The notes: generated by a model not told the origin, from the letters alone. A DNA stretch of 64,000 bases, filler included, from Basidiobolus ranarum (GCA_040143965.1; 20 parts of 20 records of this genome joined end to end with filler, not necessarily neighbours in it); one strand, 5' to 3'; counted from the first letter of the whole stretch, positions 49,536 to 63,604 are shown. Numbers and translations are program-made.

Positions 49536-51018
49536 ATGGATATTGCCAACAGCAATGTTGATAAGGAAGAAAATACTCACATTTCTAAAACTGGCATAAC
49601 TCCTTCGAGCGGATTAGTGTGGAGAGATTTAACATACAAAGCTAAAATCCTGAGATGGACTCTTTTACTGAAAAATATTTCTGGGTAATATCTTTTTCTT
49701 ACTTCGAAACACTCCCAAAACATATATTGTGCGAGTTTTCAATTATATGCTAACTGAGAATTTCCTTTAAATAGTGAAGTTCGTCCTTCAGAGATGGTCG
49801 CTATAATGGCAAGTTTGTTAAGAATATCTCTCTCGCTGATATTGTATTCTCTGAGAAGTCATAAACTTCCCATCACCTCCTAAGACATTGGATAACTAGT
49901 CCATCCATAATAGTAATCCGGTTTTCTCTTAACAGGGTCCTGGAAAAAACACTTTACTCAACGTTCTAGCTGGAGTATCCAATGGCAAACTATCCGGCAG
50001 TATTCTGTTTAATGGCGCTAAGTGTAGTCCAAAAGACTTTAGGAAAAACATTGCTTATGGTATAGCTCTTTAATAACTGAAGTTCTCATCAATCAAAATG
50101 GTGAATTTACCTTCTGTATATACTTTTCCATGCACAGTGAAACAAGATGACTTACTGTACAAAAATCTGTCGGTACGTGAAACCATTGATTATGCAGTAC
50201 AGATGCGACTTCCATCAAATCAATATGATCAAACTGCGAAAAAAGAACGAGTGGAGGAGATCATAAGACTTTTACGACTCAATGAATGTGCAGATACTTT
50301 CATTGGCGATTCTTCTGGAGGTATCTCTGGGGGAGAAAGAAAACGTACTTCGATTGGTATTGAAGTGGTGACTGATTCCAAGATCTTATTTCTTGATGAT
50401 CCCACTTCTGGGCTAGACAGTAACTCAGCTTTCAGTGTGTGCGAAACAGTCCGTGATGTAGCTCGAAACACTGGTCGATGCGTCTTAATGACCATTCATC
50501 AACCCAGCAACAAAATCCTAGATTTGTTCGATAGAATTATCTTACTTGGTGGTAAAGAAGTGCTATTTAATGGAACAAAGAATGAGATCCTTGATTTTTT
50601 TGCCAATGTGAAATTTCCCTGCCCCAAGCATACCAACCTAGCAGACCACTTTCTGGACTTTATCGCAGTTGACTCGAATCGCGTGTACAGGAACATCAAA
50701 GACTACAAGCATACTTCACAGGATAAAACCACTGTGAAAGGAATGGAAAATGATAACAGCCTTTCGAATGAATCTATCATCAAAAGCATGGTCTCTGTGG
50801 AAAATCAATCTTGGAGTCTAAGTTGGCCCATGGAATTTTCTCTTCTCTTGAAACGAGCCGCCCTATCTACTATTCGAGATAAATTCTCAATTATTGTCAA
50901 ACTTGTCACCTGCGTGTTCTTTGGTCTTTTAGTTGGGATTGCTTTCGGAAACCTGGGATATAGTCAGTCCTCCATCCACAACCGAGTGGGACTCTTTACT
51001 CTTTTAGCAGTCGGCCAG
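49536..51018 (+). pseudogene. ABCG (White-like) half transporter with degenerate NBD, 3' end replaced by copia gag
   Basis: Exons 49536-49685, 49775-49808, 49936-50059 and ~50138-51018. ISGGERKR, LFLDDPTSGLDS, TIHQPS. Walker A reduced to GPGKNT. Confidence 0.8.
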
Positions 51019-51119
51019 GTTAGTTTTCTCCTTCATCTGTCCCATTGTCTACCACATCATCTATGCAGTCTACATGGCCCATTACCAATGTCCAATCAAA
51101 GTTCCCTAATCTTTGCAGC

Positions 51120-51300
51120 ATGACAGAAACCACTACTACCACTTTTATTAACTCAAGTGTTGAAAAGCTTGATAGAGAAAATTACAATTTCTGGAAGTTC
51201 AAGATGCAAATTATGCTGGAAGACAGGGAGCTTTGGGATGTAGTCTCTGGAGATGAAAAGGAACCTTCTGACCCTTCTTTATTGGAAGCTTACAAGAAAA
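51120..51300 (+). mobile_element. Copia gag N-terminus
   Basis: VEKLDRENYNFWKFKMQIMLEDRELWDVVSG. Confidence 0.9.
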
Positions 51301-51400
51301 NNNNNNNNNNNNNNNNNNNNNNNNNNNNNNNNNNNNNNNNNNNNTTAATTAATTAANNNNNNNNNNNNNNNNNNNNNNNNNNNNNNNNNNNNNNNNNNNN

Positions 51401-52925
51401 TTGTTTATTGCTCTAATTGATTGAATTATCAATTGGATGACTTTTACCAATTTTCACTATTTTCTCAAAACCTTTCCAAATCACCTCAAATTTTCACCCA
51501 TGCTTAACAGGCATGTTTGCTGTGATCTAAGTATGTCCAATAGTCCTATTTCATAGTAAACTATAATTAGGACATATTTGATTCAATAAAACCTAAGTGG
51601 TCAACTTCAAATCCAACTCTTGTCCCAATCACTTTTAAATCCCCTAAGCCCTTTTATCACTTTAGTGGTTACTGATTGGGCAGACACAATTAGATGATCC
51701 CTTGCAGTGCTTACTTGATTTGATTGTTCTAATTTTGGCTTTCAGGCAAAAATCCTTACTCTGCAATCTTTGACTTAATGTCCTGGTTTCTTGCAACACT
51801 TGATAAAAGTTTTTAGAGGATTTGGAAGTGTTTTGGACAAGATAGGATTTGTGAATTAGACAATTAAGTTTTATTGAAATTGAATATGTCCTATTTATAG
51901 TTTACTATAAAATAGAACTCTTGGGCACACTCAGATCCTAACAAACATACCGGTTAAGCATAAGTGAAAATTTGAAGTGATTTGGAAAAGTTTTGACAAA
52001 AAAGTGAAAATTGGTAAAAATGAGCCTGTAGATATTTCTATCAATTAGAGCAATAATTATGTGCTTTTGAATGATAGAATTGAGTGCTAAATAATCAGAA
52101 TATGAAGAAAGTAACTACTAAATAATAAGTTGCTATTTACCTATGCTTGAAGCAAAATGATAGTAATAGTACCGGTGGACATTCCTTTGAGAGCTGGCTT
52201 GCAGCTTATAACCTGATAAAAGTGTTTAGGGGATTTGGAAGTGTTTTGGACAAGATTTGGGTTTTGATAAAAGTGTTTAGTGGATTTGGAAGTGTTTTGG
52301 ACAGGATCTGGATATGCAAATTAGACACTTAAGTTTTATTAAATCGAATATGTCCAATTTATAGTTTACTATGAAATTAAACTATTTGACATGCTTGGAT
52401 AATAGCAAACATGCCTGTTGATCATGGGTGAAAGTTTCAGGTGATTTGGAGAAGATTTGAGAAAATAGCAAAAATTGGTAAAAATAAGCCCATTGATGTT
52501 TCAATCAATTAGAGCAATAAACACAACTCTTTGAATGACATAATTGAGTACTAAATAACTAGAATATGAATTAGCTAACTACCAAATAATGAGTTGCTAT
52601 TTACCTTATTTCAACAGGTTTGAGATTAATACACTTGAGTTTGATTGACTTGGGTATGTCCTGCTTATAGTTTACTATGAAATAGGACTATTGGACATGC
52701 TTAGATCATAAGAAACATGCCTGTTAAGCATAGGTCCAAAATTGAGGTGATATGTAGAAGGTTTGAAAAGATAGTGGAAGTTGGTCAATGTGTTCTAATT
52801 ATTGTTTCTAACAACTGGTGCAATAAGCACATGTTTTTGAATAGCAGAATTGAGTGCTAAATGATTAAAATATGAATGAACTAGCTACTGAATAATGAGT
52901 TGCTATTTACCTGATTTCTAGACAT
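51401..52925. repeat. Cluster of about 5 LTR-D copies and fragments
   Basis: Repeated TGATAAAAGTGTTTAG..GGATTTGGAAGTGTTTTGGACA and GAGTTGCTATTTACC, matching 46657-47007. Confidence 0.88.
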
Positions 52926-52959
52926 ATGTATTGTGTATGTTTGATTTCAATGCTATATA

Positions 52960-54500
52960 AGAATGGACAGCAGCTAGTTGCTGTAGCTAAAGTAATGCAT
53001 TCTGATGAACTTGTATCACTGCTGAGTAACTCTGTAACTATTGACTAGTTGCTTCAAAAAGCTGCATTGATTTTAATGTTGCTGCATTTTAGCTTGTAAT
53101 TGCCTCTATAGCAACTTTTTAGTGTTTACTTATGAATAAATACAAATCATTATGGTGTACTGCCTGAGATTTCCTTATTATGATAATGCTATCCAAATTG
53201 GCTACACAATGGTGTTCAGTAGTGAGCAATGTATGCATTTTGGATTTTGATAGTATTAATGAAGATTCTGTTCAACTTTACTCAACTATTGATTTACTGC
53301 ATAATTAGGGGACTATTATCTCTTCACTTGCACTAATGCTAAAAAGGAACACATCTGGTAAATTTATTAATGCTTCATCATTATTTGAGTTATCTGCCAG
53401 CATGTTAATGCCTCTCAAAGTGGATAGTTACCAGACTGCACATCAATTAAGTACTCTGTTCCTGCTGGTTTTACCTTTGGTCCCAGCAGACTTTTGCTTG
53501 GAAGCCAATTTTGATTTAGATTGGGAATACTTTTTGTAAGGCATTTAAATATTAGTGGGTGAATTTTGTGTAAGGAAACTGCTCAGAAACAGCTTGAAAT
53601 AGACCAAAATTGCTATCCATTTACAGCAATATGAGTAAACAACATTAATGGTTCATCTGTGACACTGTCTCAGAATCAGCTCTAGCTATTGATGAAATAT
53701 ACCTAAAAACCACCCTTGTTCAGTCCACTGGCTGTTGTTTACCTCAATGTTTTGGTTAAACTGCTAAAAGTCAAGATCTCAGGAGTTTCAAAAGTTAAAT
53801 CATCAGAAAATGTAGGTAAAAATGCTACTTCAGTCAAACCAGTGCATCCAGACAACTTTGGTAAATGGTAACAAGAGTGAAATAAGTGCCAAGTGTCAGT
53901 GCTAATGAAATTTCAGATGCTTAGCAATTTTTCCACCTTTAGTTTGCTGTTATAGCATATTGATGCTTTTGAGTTATGTCTGATCAGTCAAGTATATGCA
54001 ATATGTAGGACTGAACAAAGCAAGATTCTTGTCTCTTTTAATTATCATTATGGCTGCAATACAACATCCAAAATATCTGCATAAAGGCTTGGGTATTAAT
54101 TCAAATTCCTTTAGCAATAAACACACTAATTTGCCATTCAAAAATAGGTTTTTTGCAAAAATTGTTCAAAATTATTTAACATGTGCCAAATATGAAGATG
54201 AATACTTCACCATGTATGAATACCATCAAAATACCATCAGCAGCCACTGTTTCACCAACAAAATTGCTGGCAGTATGCAAGCCACCAATATTTTGATGGG
54301 CCTTTGATGGTTTTGCAATCCTGAATGGTTGATCCAATCCAGGCCAAATTGATTTATTTTCGTTAAGGATTGACTACTGAGGGTTGCTCAATAGTTGGCA
54401 AAGCGGGCAGTTTGGAAGATGAGGGTCTTGGGAGTGTTTTTGTTGCACTTTGTTCCCGTATTGCTTTCGGAGGCACGGGAGGATGGAAGAGCCATCAGTT
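52960..54500. mobile_element. Rearranged CACTA-like fragments including a left terminus (~54368)
   Basis: Accessory ORF on minus at 52960-53545. Transposase 3' end on plus, ending GATTTATTTTCGTTAAGG. Confidence 0.72.
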
Positions 54501-54600
54501 NNNNNNNNNNNNNNNNNNNNNNNNNNNNNNNNNNNNNNNNNNNNTTAATTAATTAANNNNNNNNNNNNNNNNNNNNNNNNNNNNNNNNNNNNNNNNNNNN

Positions 54601-54962
54601 TGGGCTGTTTGGAGGAACTTAAGAGAAGTAGAGTTGTGAATAGCTTTGTGAGATAATTATTTATTGTCTAGAAATAAAGCATTTATACATTTTGGTGGAA
54701 ATACAGAAAACTAATGCTGGGGTTGTGCTCAGAACATCTGTGGGAGTAAAGGAGCTATCTTTGGGGCAATTTGGACAGGTTTGAAATTTCCAATATGGAT
54801 TTGCTAATTCTCACATTATTCACATATATATAATATATGTTGCAGTTTGCAGTTAAGTGATATTTGACTAAGTAATTATAAATAACTTTTATGTGATATA
54901 TGAAATAGTTAGGTGTATAAAGATAGAGATAACAAATATAATAATGACAATAAACTTCAACA
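54601..54962 (-). repeat. LTR-B copy
   Basis: Reverse complement of 26476-26840. Confidence 0.87.
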
Positions 54963-54964
54963 CC

Positions 54965-57699
54965 CGGGATCTTCCTTAACACATTCTACACATTAGTTTG
55001 TTTACATTTTGACAAAACTATATATGGCAACTTTCTACTCAATAAATCAATAAGTGAAAACTATCATTTCCTCTAATTCCCCAAACCACTTCCAAAAGGC
55101 TCCCAAATACATTAACAGGTTATTAGCCCCAAGCTTGCGCTCTCTGTAATGTCTACTTCTCAAATCTATGGAACTTTTCCCTCATCTGAAAGATTGGATG
55201 GAACAAATTATCAAGTTTGGAGAATTAAAATGAAACTGCTGCTGAAAAAAAAACCTTGGGACACTGTTGTAGGAGAATAAAACAATGCAAAACTATCTGA
55301 TATCAAAGTTTTACCCCAGGTTAAAAAAGAACAAATGCCTTCAACACATTTTGTCTTAATGTTGAAGTCAAATTGCTAATTCAATGTTCAAGAGCTAAAA
55401 CTGCCATGAAGGTATGGAAAACCTTGGAAGATACCTACCAAACATGTTCTGCTGCCAACAAGATGTCTCTAAGAAGACAATTCTTTAACTTAAAGATGAA
55501 GCCAGGAGAAGACATCAAATCACTAATTAATAGAGTCACTTTTTAGTGGATGAAATGAAATGCATTGCAGTACCTACTACTGATCAAGCTATCATAGTTA
55601 CAGTCCTGAAGAGCTTGCCACATGAGTTTCAGAGCCTTGTAATGGCTCTGGAAGCAAGAACTGAAAATTTGACCTTAAATTATGTATTTGGCGGACTTCT
55701 GGATGAAGATTTATACAAATCAGGATCCAACTAAAAGAATGAAGAAAATGCTTTAATAGGCTATGGGAAACCTTCCTATAAAGGTCAAAAACACTTTAAG
55801 AAGAAAAGTAACACATTCTGTGATTATTGTTGAAGAACTGGCCATTCAAGCAAAGATTGCTTTAAAAGAATTGTAAAAGAAGAAAAACATTCTGAATCTG
55901 GAAATTTGGTTAGAGCAGAAGATCACTTGTTCATTTCTGCTCTATCTATGACTACCAACAAGTATTGTCAGATGTGGTATATTGATTCAGGAGGTTCCTA
56001 ACATTTCACAATTGAGAAACAATGGTTTATGGATTTTGAAGAAAACCCAATTAGAAAGGTTTTCATGGGAGATGACCACACATTGGATGCTGTTGGAATG
56101 GGAACAATTCAAGTCAATTTACCTGGAGCTTCTGAAGAAAAAGTATATAATTTTAAGGATGTACTACATGTTCCAGATATTACCAAGAATTTAATATTTG
56201 TATGCAAGGCCATCTCAGAAGGGCTAAAATTCAATTTTGATAATTCAGGATGCACCATCACTGATCAAAATGGGAATTATTTAGCTTTGGGAAAAATGGA
56301 TCAGAACTTTTACAAACTAACATATGATCCAAGAGATTTATGTGTAAATATAAGTTGTACCAAGTAAGAAACTATAAATATTTAATCACATTTATGGATG
56401 ATTATACAAGATACACTTGGGTCTACTTTACGGAAAGAAACCAAGAAGCTCTCTCTATCTTTAGAGATTTTAAAGCACTGGTCAAGACTGAAACTGGAAC
56501 TTAAATCAAGAAAATACATACTGATAATGGTGGATAATATACTTAAACACTATTTAAGCACTTTTGCAAAATTCATCAAATTAAGCAAGAAACCACTGCC
56601 CCCTATTCACATCAACAAAATGGACTTGCTGAAAGAGCTATCAGGACTCTAGTATATATGGCAGGATCTATGATAAATGCTCAAAATTTATCTCACAAAT
56701 TTTGGGTGGAATTTGTTGCTACAGCTCTGTATCTGAAGAATAGGAGTTGCACTAGAAGTCTGTCTAACTCTACACCATATCAAACTTGTTTGTAGTAAAC
56801 CTGATGTAAAACGTTTGAGGATCTTTGGATGTATTGCCTATGTCAAAATTGTGACCAAAAACTGGTCTAAATCTGATCCAAAAAGTGAGAAATGCATACT
56901 TCTGGATTATTGTACTCAAACTAAGGCCTACAGACTCTTTGATAACAAAATTTCCAAGTTAATCAAGTCCAGGGATGTTTTGTTTAATTCAAATGAAACA
57001 TTTTCACCCAAAACAACCTCAGATGATAACAAAAATCAATATTCCCCTTATCTAACCATTCAAATTGATTCAAAACAAAACAATGAAGAAAATAGCACTC
57101 CTGTGGACCCTTCAACTGAAAGTTTGCCTACTGTAGTGCACAATACAATGCCAGAAGTTGTAGTACCTTTGTCCCAAACCAGGAGATCAAATTGGATTAG
57201 AAATAGCCCTGATTACTATATCAATGAGTCTCAAAATTGGGCCTATGCCTGCACAGCTTGGATACATGAACCCCAGACTGTAAAAGAGGCCCTGAATGGC
57301 CCTCAAACAAAAATTTGGAGATCTACACTGGCTGATGAGTACCAGGCTTTGATTGATAATCAAACTTGGATTTTAACCAACTTACCTGATGATAGAAAAT
57401 CAATTGGCTGCTGATGGGTGTTTAAAGTTAAATACAACTCTGATGGCAATATAGAAAGGTACAAGGCTAGACTAGTAGCCAAAGGCTATTCCCAAACACC
57501 AGGAATAGATTATACAGAAACTTTTGCTCCTGTAGCAAAGTTTAATTCAATTAGATTGATTTTAGCAATTTCAGCTAAATATCAGTTTATTATACATCAA
57601 ATGGATGTTAAAACTGCCTTTTTGAATGGTGAGCTTGCTGAGGAGATCTATATGGACCAGCCAGATGGATTTGTGGACCCAGAAAACCCTAAAAAAGTT
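54965..57699 (+). mobile_element. Copia element (family A): partial 5' LTR to 55117, PBS, gag-pol pseudogene into RT
   Basis: PBS GGTTATTAGCCC at 55118. CDYC..TGHSSKDC knuckle, [41 protein letters not shown]. Many stops. Deletion near 56380. Confidence 0.95.
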
Positions 57700-57815
57700 N
57701 NNNNNNNNNNNNNNNNNNNNNNNNNNNNNNNNNNNNNNNNNNNTTAATTAATTAANNNNNNNNNNNNNNNNNNNNNNNNNNNNNNNNNNNNNNNNNNNNC
57801 CATTAGTAAGGTAGT

Positions 57816-58868
57816 TTAATACAGGGACTCGATTTCTTCAATTCCAACAGAATTGAGAGACAAATAGGTGATAGCATTTAAAATGGAGTCATGTGAAGCA
57901 TACCCTCGATCAAAAGATGGGATACTATTTTCTAGCGTAGAGAGACTACTAACAGCTTCGTTATTAAATTCTTGCTCAGAATCAGGGCCAATCTCATCGA
58001 TATCAGCATCACTTCCACTTCCAGAGCTATCCGTACTATATGCACTATTACAACTATGATGTTCAGTACGGGGAACCCACTTTCCCTTTCCCGTTCCAGG
58101 TCTGGGCCCAGATAAAACTGTCTTATATTTCTTAAACATATAAGCACCTCTCATGCTGTTTTTCTTTCGTTTTTTTAGCCGAATTTTCAACTTTGGATAA
58201 CCACCCTCTACGGCGGTTGATTCCTTGAGTGAGTTTGGTGCTTGCTTCGGTAGAGACATATCCGTAAAACTGCTTGTGTTTTCCTTAGAAGTAACATCAT
58301 CAGCAATGTAGTAATGGATTTTCCTAGAGTGTATCTCATCCACTATGCGTGCTAACAAAGGAGGCCGTGGAGGTTTATGCTCAGCAGCTCGTTTAAAATG
58401 CTGAGATATACGAGAAGAAACGGTGGCGTATGGTGTGGCTCCGCTATTAATCAAAAAAAGTTAGTAAACAAGCGTTCAAAATATCAAAGGTCGATTTCAC
58501 CCTTGCAACTATCTAAAACAAATATCCACAAGACAGCCTTACTAAAAACGGAGTTAAATAAGCTACGATAATTGTGTGTAGGTAGAGAAGAAAATGTATT
58601 TTAAGACTTACCCGAGTATGGTGAATTTGTGTTTCATTATGCAATTGGCCAGCTCTTTTGGTGAACTCGGTTTATTGTCCATGATTACCAAAGCTTTGAG
58701 TATAGCAGCGAATACTTTATCTTTGGCGTCATCAGGATGTAAATTTTCGAGACTATATGGCAACGCAGCCTTTGCTGAAAATGGACTAGACCCCCAAAAC
58801 TCGCTCGAATTTTTGATTGGCTTTTGGATATTATTCTCTTCTAAGCGTTGTATAGAGCACTCTGACAT
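57816..58868 (-). CDS. GDS1-like winged-helix domain protein (exons 58868-58612 and 58443-57816)
   Basis: DKVFAAILKAL..MDNKPSSPKELANCIMKH..LGGATPYATVSSRISQHFKR. A GTAAGT..TAG intron joins the two ORFs in frame. Basic NLS-like run KIRLKKRKK. Confidence 0.78.
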
Positions 58869-59539
58869 TATCTATTATGTGAGAAGCAGGTTCTTGAATG
58901 AGGCGTGAGAAATGCTATAGCGATTCGCCTACGTAGGAAAGTTGGAGGTTTTAAGGGGAGGTAGGTAGCAAACCAGTTGCGAGGTGAAAAAACCGTAGAA
59001 AATACAAAGATAAGTGTAAGGACAACTAGGCAGCTAAGCAAAACAAAGGTCAATCGAAATATGAATTATGAACTTAAGAATAGGAGGATATTATGGAAAG
59101 GAATAAAAGCCGGAGTAGCAAAGTTGAAACAGTATTGAATATATTTGTGAAAAATGACTGCAGTTTGTAATACCGTAAATCCATTACAGGGACTATGTCA
59201 GAGGCTCCTGACTGGACAACAAACCTAGTCATCGAATCAACTATGATTCATCTGTATTTATCGCGTTTTTTTTCTTTTTTTTCGAAAGCCCTCTTTTAGA
59301 GCAGCTGAAAATTACCGTATTCAAGAAACTCGAGCGCTGAGCCCAGCTGCGAAATCCGTCCTTTGCTTAATTTAGCTCCTAAACCTGGCTCTATTTCCAT
59401 TGATTGGTGGCTCTGTGCAGGATTTTCCGGTGAACCTAATTTACCTTTTCGTACATATCTCTAATTTCGGGCAAGTATTCAATATGGGGTACTTCTGACC
59501 CCTCGATGGCTGTTCAGATAAACAAAATTAAAAATCGAT

Positions 59540-60130
59540 TGACCAATCAGGGCGTTGGCCAAATTGTATATAGCACACAGAATGAATGAGATGTGGTCAG
59601 GAAAGCTCATGGAATAGCAACAAAACGATGCTACTTGCGGTTCCAACTCTAGCTCTGATGCTGTGGGGGCAAATCTGGGTGTTGGATCGAGGCGGTGGAT
59701 AGGGGAAGGGTGTTATCACATTGCACAAGGACTCCTAGAGATCTACGGACTCCAGACAAAACCAATATACTGCATTTGTGAAGTAAATGGATCTTCAGAC
59801 CAGATGCCATTCTGAGGGTTGGTGTCACCCCTTTTCCTTGATTGTCTGATCCATCGCCCTTGAGCACGGTCAGCCCATTGGCGCACTGCTGATCCTCTTT
59901 ATTTCCGTTGGATGATTCTTTTGAAATCTAGTGCCGCGTGTAACATATCCGAAGTTGCATGTTTCATCATCAGCCATTGTGGGCATAATAAAAGCTGTAA
60001 TGCGTAATGAATTGGTGTGCTGATTATTAGCATGTTCCTATCAAACCTTAGCTCGTTGTAACGGGCTCATGTTAATTTGAATTTGGTAGTTGGAAAGTGC
60101 CCAAGGGCCCTGCATGTTGGCTACACTCCT
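59540..60130 (-). pseudogene. Possible degraded DIRS/Ngaro-like RT fossil
   Basis: Ordered motifs across frames: YQIQINMSPLQR, DETCNFG, AVRQWAD, PFTSQMQYIGFVW, DHISFIL. Confidence 0.4.
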
Positions 60131-61435
60131 TTCAATATCCAATATACGACGCAGTGACTCTGAGATGGACCAAGTACAATGACCAGGTATTCTTTGTGGA
60201 ATACATTCAATGGCTAAAATGAAGTATTGCTTAGGGTTTCCTTGTGACTAAACTGCTTGCAGAATCCATTCAAGCAACGTAAAAACCGTTGGATTCACTA
60301 ACATACATTCCAAGTGCTCTCCATCACTTTTTATCCACTTGAACCTGCTTCTTCACTGGTACCTGTTATACCTTGAAAGCTTGCATCTCATTTCATGTGC
60401 TCCCAGATTCTTAGGTAACTTGAGAGTTTAATTAGCTACTGTGGATCGGGTAGGCAGTATTCTCTCTTCTATGTATTCATGTAAATGATTCGAATATTTA
60501 GCAAAGTGACTTTTTATCCACTTTTCTCTTGGACACAACAATGGATATAGATAGGATTGGCACTTTAATCAAATGTTGATATGAATTGAGTAAATTGTTT
60601 GTGAGAAGTTTGGGTATATGATGGAGAGTTGGGTGTAATATTAGTGTGACGATGTAAAAGTGCAAGTCCTTGTTCTAAGTAACACCATGAGATTAAAGAG
60701 TGCTCAATTCAAAAACGCTAAGCAAAGCTGAATAGCAAAAGTGCAGAAAACATTCCAATATACAAGTGTTTGAAAGGCATCACCGATCCAGCAGCGGTGA
60801 CGGCGTTGATGGATTTCGCTGCAAGTAATACGGTATTAGGACTATGTACATATGACATGTGTGCATTCACATCCAACTCAAGACTTACGTGAGCAGTNNN
60901 NNNNNNNNNNNNNNNNNNNNNNNNNNNNNNNNNNNNNNNNNTTAATTAATTAANNNNNNNNNNNNNNNNNNNNNNNNNNNNNNNNNNNNNNNNNNNNGGT
61001 TATACATTTGATTGGGTAAGTTACAGTATAAATTGTTTATTGTTACACATTCAGTAATTTGTAAGTTACAAACTAGGGGATGAACTTACTTTGTCAGTTA
61101 CCCAAAATCATAATTTGGCAATGCTAAATTGGGTAATTTGGTATGGGCTGGCACAATATCTCCGATAAAATCATCATGTCCAATTGTGGTGGGATAGTGC
61201 CATATTGTTCCTTATAGTGTCTGATTGAGTGTTATAGGACCCAGCCATGGTAATTGATAGATCGTGCCAGATGGTGTACTAGCAGGCTGGATCAAGCCGC
61301 ATGATCTGACCTAGTCCAATGGTACAAGTCTAATACATCCTTCAGGGCTTGATTCCCATAAAATATTCAGGACATATTCCCTGGTTCCTGAAATATATTT
61401 CAGGCCAGAACTTCAAGAATTCTTGCTCCATGCTA

Positions 61436-61810
61436 TTGGGAAAATATGCACTGTTTGGAGGAACTTTTAAAAAGTGGAGTTGTGAGTAGCTCTGAGATAA
61501 CTATTTATCATACAGACATATAGCATTTAGACATTTTGGTAGAAATACAGAAAACTAACACTAGGGTTGTGTTCAGAACATCTGTGGGAATAGAATGAGC
61601 TATTTTTGGGGTAATTTGGACAAGTTTGAAGTTTCCAATTCAGAATTGCTAATTCTCACATTATTCATATATACATACAGTATATGTTCAAATTTGCAGT
61701 TAAGTGATAATTGACTAAATAATCATAACTAGATTATATGTGATATATGAAATAGTTAGGTTTATAAAGATAGAGATAACAAATATGATAAAGATATAAA
61801 CTCCAAAACA
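61436..61810 (-). repeat. Diverged LTR-B copy
   Basis: Matches 16592-16967. Confidence 0.8.
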
Positions 61811-62339
61811 TACAATTAATCATGTTTGAATCAATAACAGTGATCATAGATTGAAAGTAACAAAGCATAACTCCTCTTGCTAATGCCTTGGCAAAGTTCT
61901 CCAAATAAGGATCATCACCTTAACCATTCCTAATATTTTTTTCCTTGTTGTAGTATTACATAATTGCTTGTCATGAATCTTGTATTGAATCATTCACATT
62001 CCATTCTGCAATCAGAGAGCTTTATATTTCAAGCTGTATAGGTACCATATGAAAAATGCAAGTTGAAATCCCAGTGAAAAAAAGGCAAGAAAATTGCCAG
62101 ATCCTGATTGGCCACCAGAAGCCCTTCACAATCTGGAATGAAAGCTGATTACTGACTAACAATATTCAATTTGCAGCTCACCAATTTATCACTCTATTGG
62201 ATTATCCTTCTATTATTAGCTAAAAACATCTTTAACAACTTCTCACCTATTCCAGAAAGATCTTCACAACTCACAATAAGTTACTATGACTTTTGTTCAT
62301 TATGCTCTGACTAGATACATATGCTCATCAATATTGCTT

Positions 62340-63604
62340 CAACCATAATAAAAAAAAGTCAATTTGTTCCAGATCAAATCCACCATTCCAGATAACAAAA
62401 CTGTCAGAGAATCATCACAGTATTGGTGACTTGCATTCTGCCAGAGATTTTGATGGTGAGAAGGTAGCTTCTTGACAGTATTATGACAGTAATCATATAT
62501 GGCAAAACTTTGATCCTCATATTTGGCATGCATTATTGAATCTCCTATAATTATTGCAAGAAATACATTTTTGAATGGCAAATTATTTGGTTTACTGCTA
62601 TAGGAATTCAAATTAATATGCATGCCTTTATTTACATATTTTAGGCTTTGTATTCCAGCCATAATGATAATCAAAAAATATAAGAATCTTGTATTTGATG
62701 TACCCATGCATATACAGGACTAATTGGACATAACTCAACAATATCAATACACTTTACCAGCAAGTTTAGAGTAGAAAATATTGCAAAACAGCTAAGATTT
62801 TGAATAGCCCTGACTCTTGGCAAATAGCTGACTTGTGTTACCATGCACAATGAGAATAAGCTCATGGATTTTGGCATATTTCCATAAAGAATTGAGCCAA
62901 AATATCCTAACTTGTGGTTAACAGATGTCCTGCCAAAAGTAGATGAGTTGTTAATTGAATAGATTGCCCTAGGGCTAAAACACAAATACTGCATATCTTG
63001 ATATATCTCACCAAGAAATCTGTCCCCCAACAAAAATAAAATTAATTTGATCTGGATTGGATCAACCCTTCTTGATTGCAAGACCATCAGAGAACCATCA
63101 AAATATTGGTGGCTTGCACCTTGCTATGGATTTTAATGGTGAGATGGTGGCTTCTTGATGGTAGTTTGATGGTATTTGTACAGTGTAAAATATTGGTCCT
63201 TATATTTGGATATGCATTATTCAAATTTCAACCATTTTTGCAAAATACTAATTTTTGAATTGCAAATTGCATGGCTTACTGCTATAGGAATTCAAAATAA
63301 TATGCATGCCTTTATTTAGATATCTTAGGCTTTGTATTCCAGCAATAATGGGAATCAAAAAATAAAAGAATCTTGTTGTGTTTAGTCTCTACATATGCAT
63401 ATACCTGACTGATCAGACCCAGCTCAATAACATCAATATACTTTACCAGCAAACTAATGGTGGAAAAGTTGCTTAATGTCTGAGATTTTGAATAGCACCA
63501 ACACCTGGCAAATAGCTAACTCTTATTGCCATTCACAATGAGAATCAGATGTTGGATTTTGGTAAACTTCTGTAAGAAATTCAGCCAATGCATCCCCAAC
63601 TTTC
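62340..63604 (-). mobile_element. Two tandem or nested left arms of the CACTA-like element
   Basis: Termini near 62343 and 63025 (CCCCCAACAAAAATAAAA). Sequence matches 28490-29390. Confidence 0.78.

Noticed and set aside
3123-60997. Regularly spaced TTAATTAATTAA motif, and any gene neighbourhood across it
   Set aside because: Artificial linker. Adjacent contigs are not biologically linked, and ORFs containing X runs are artefacts.
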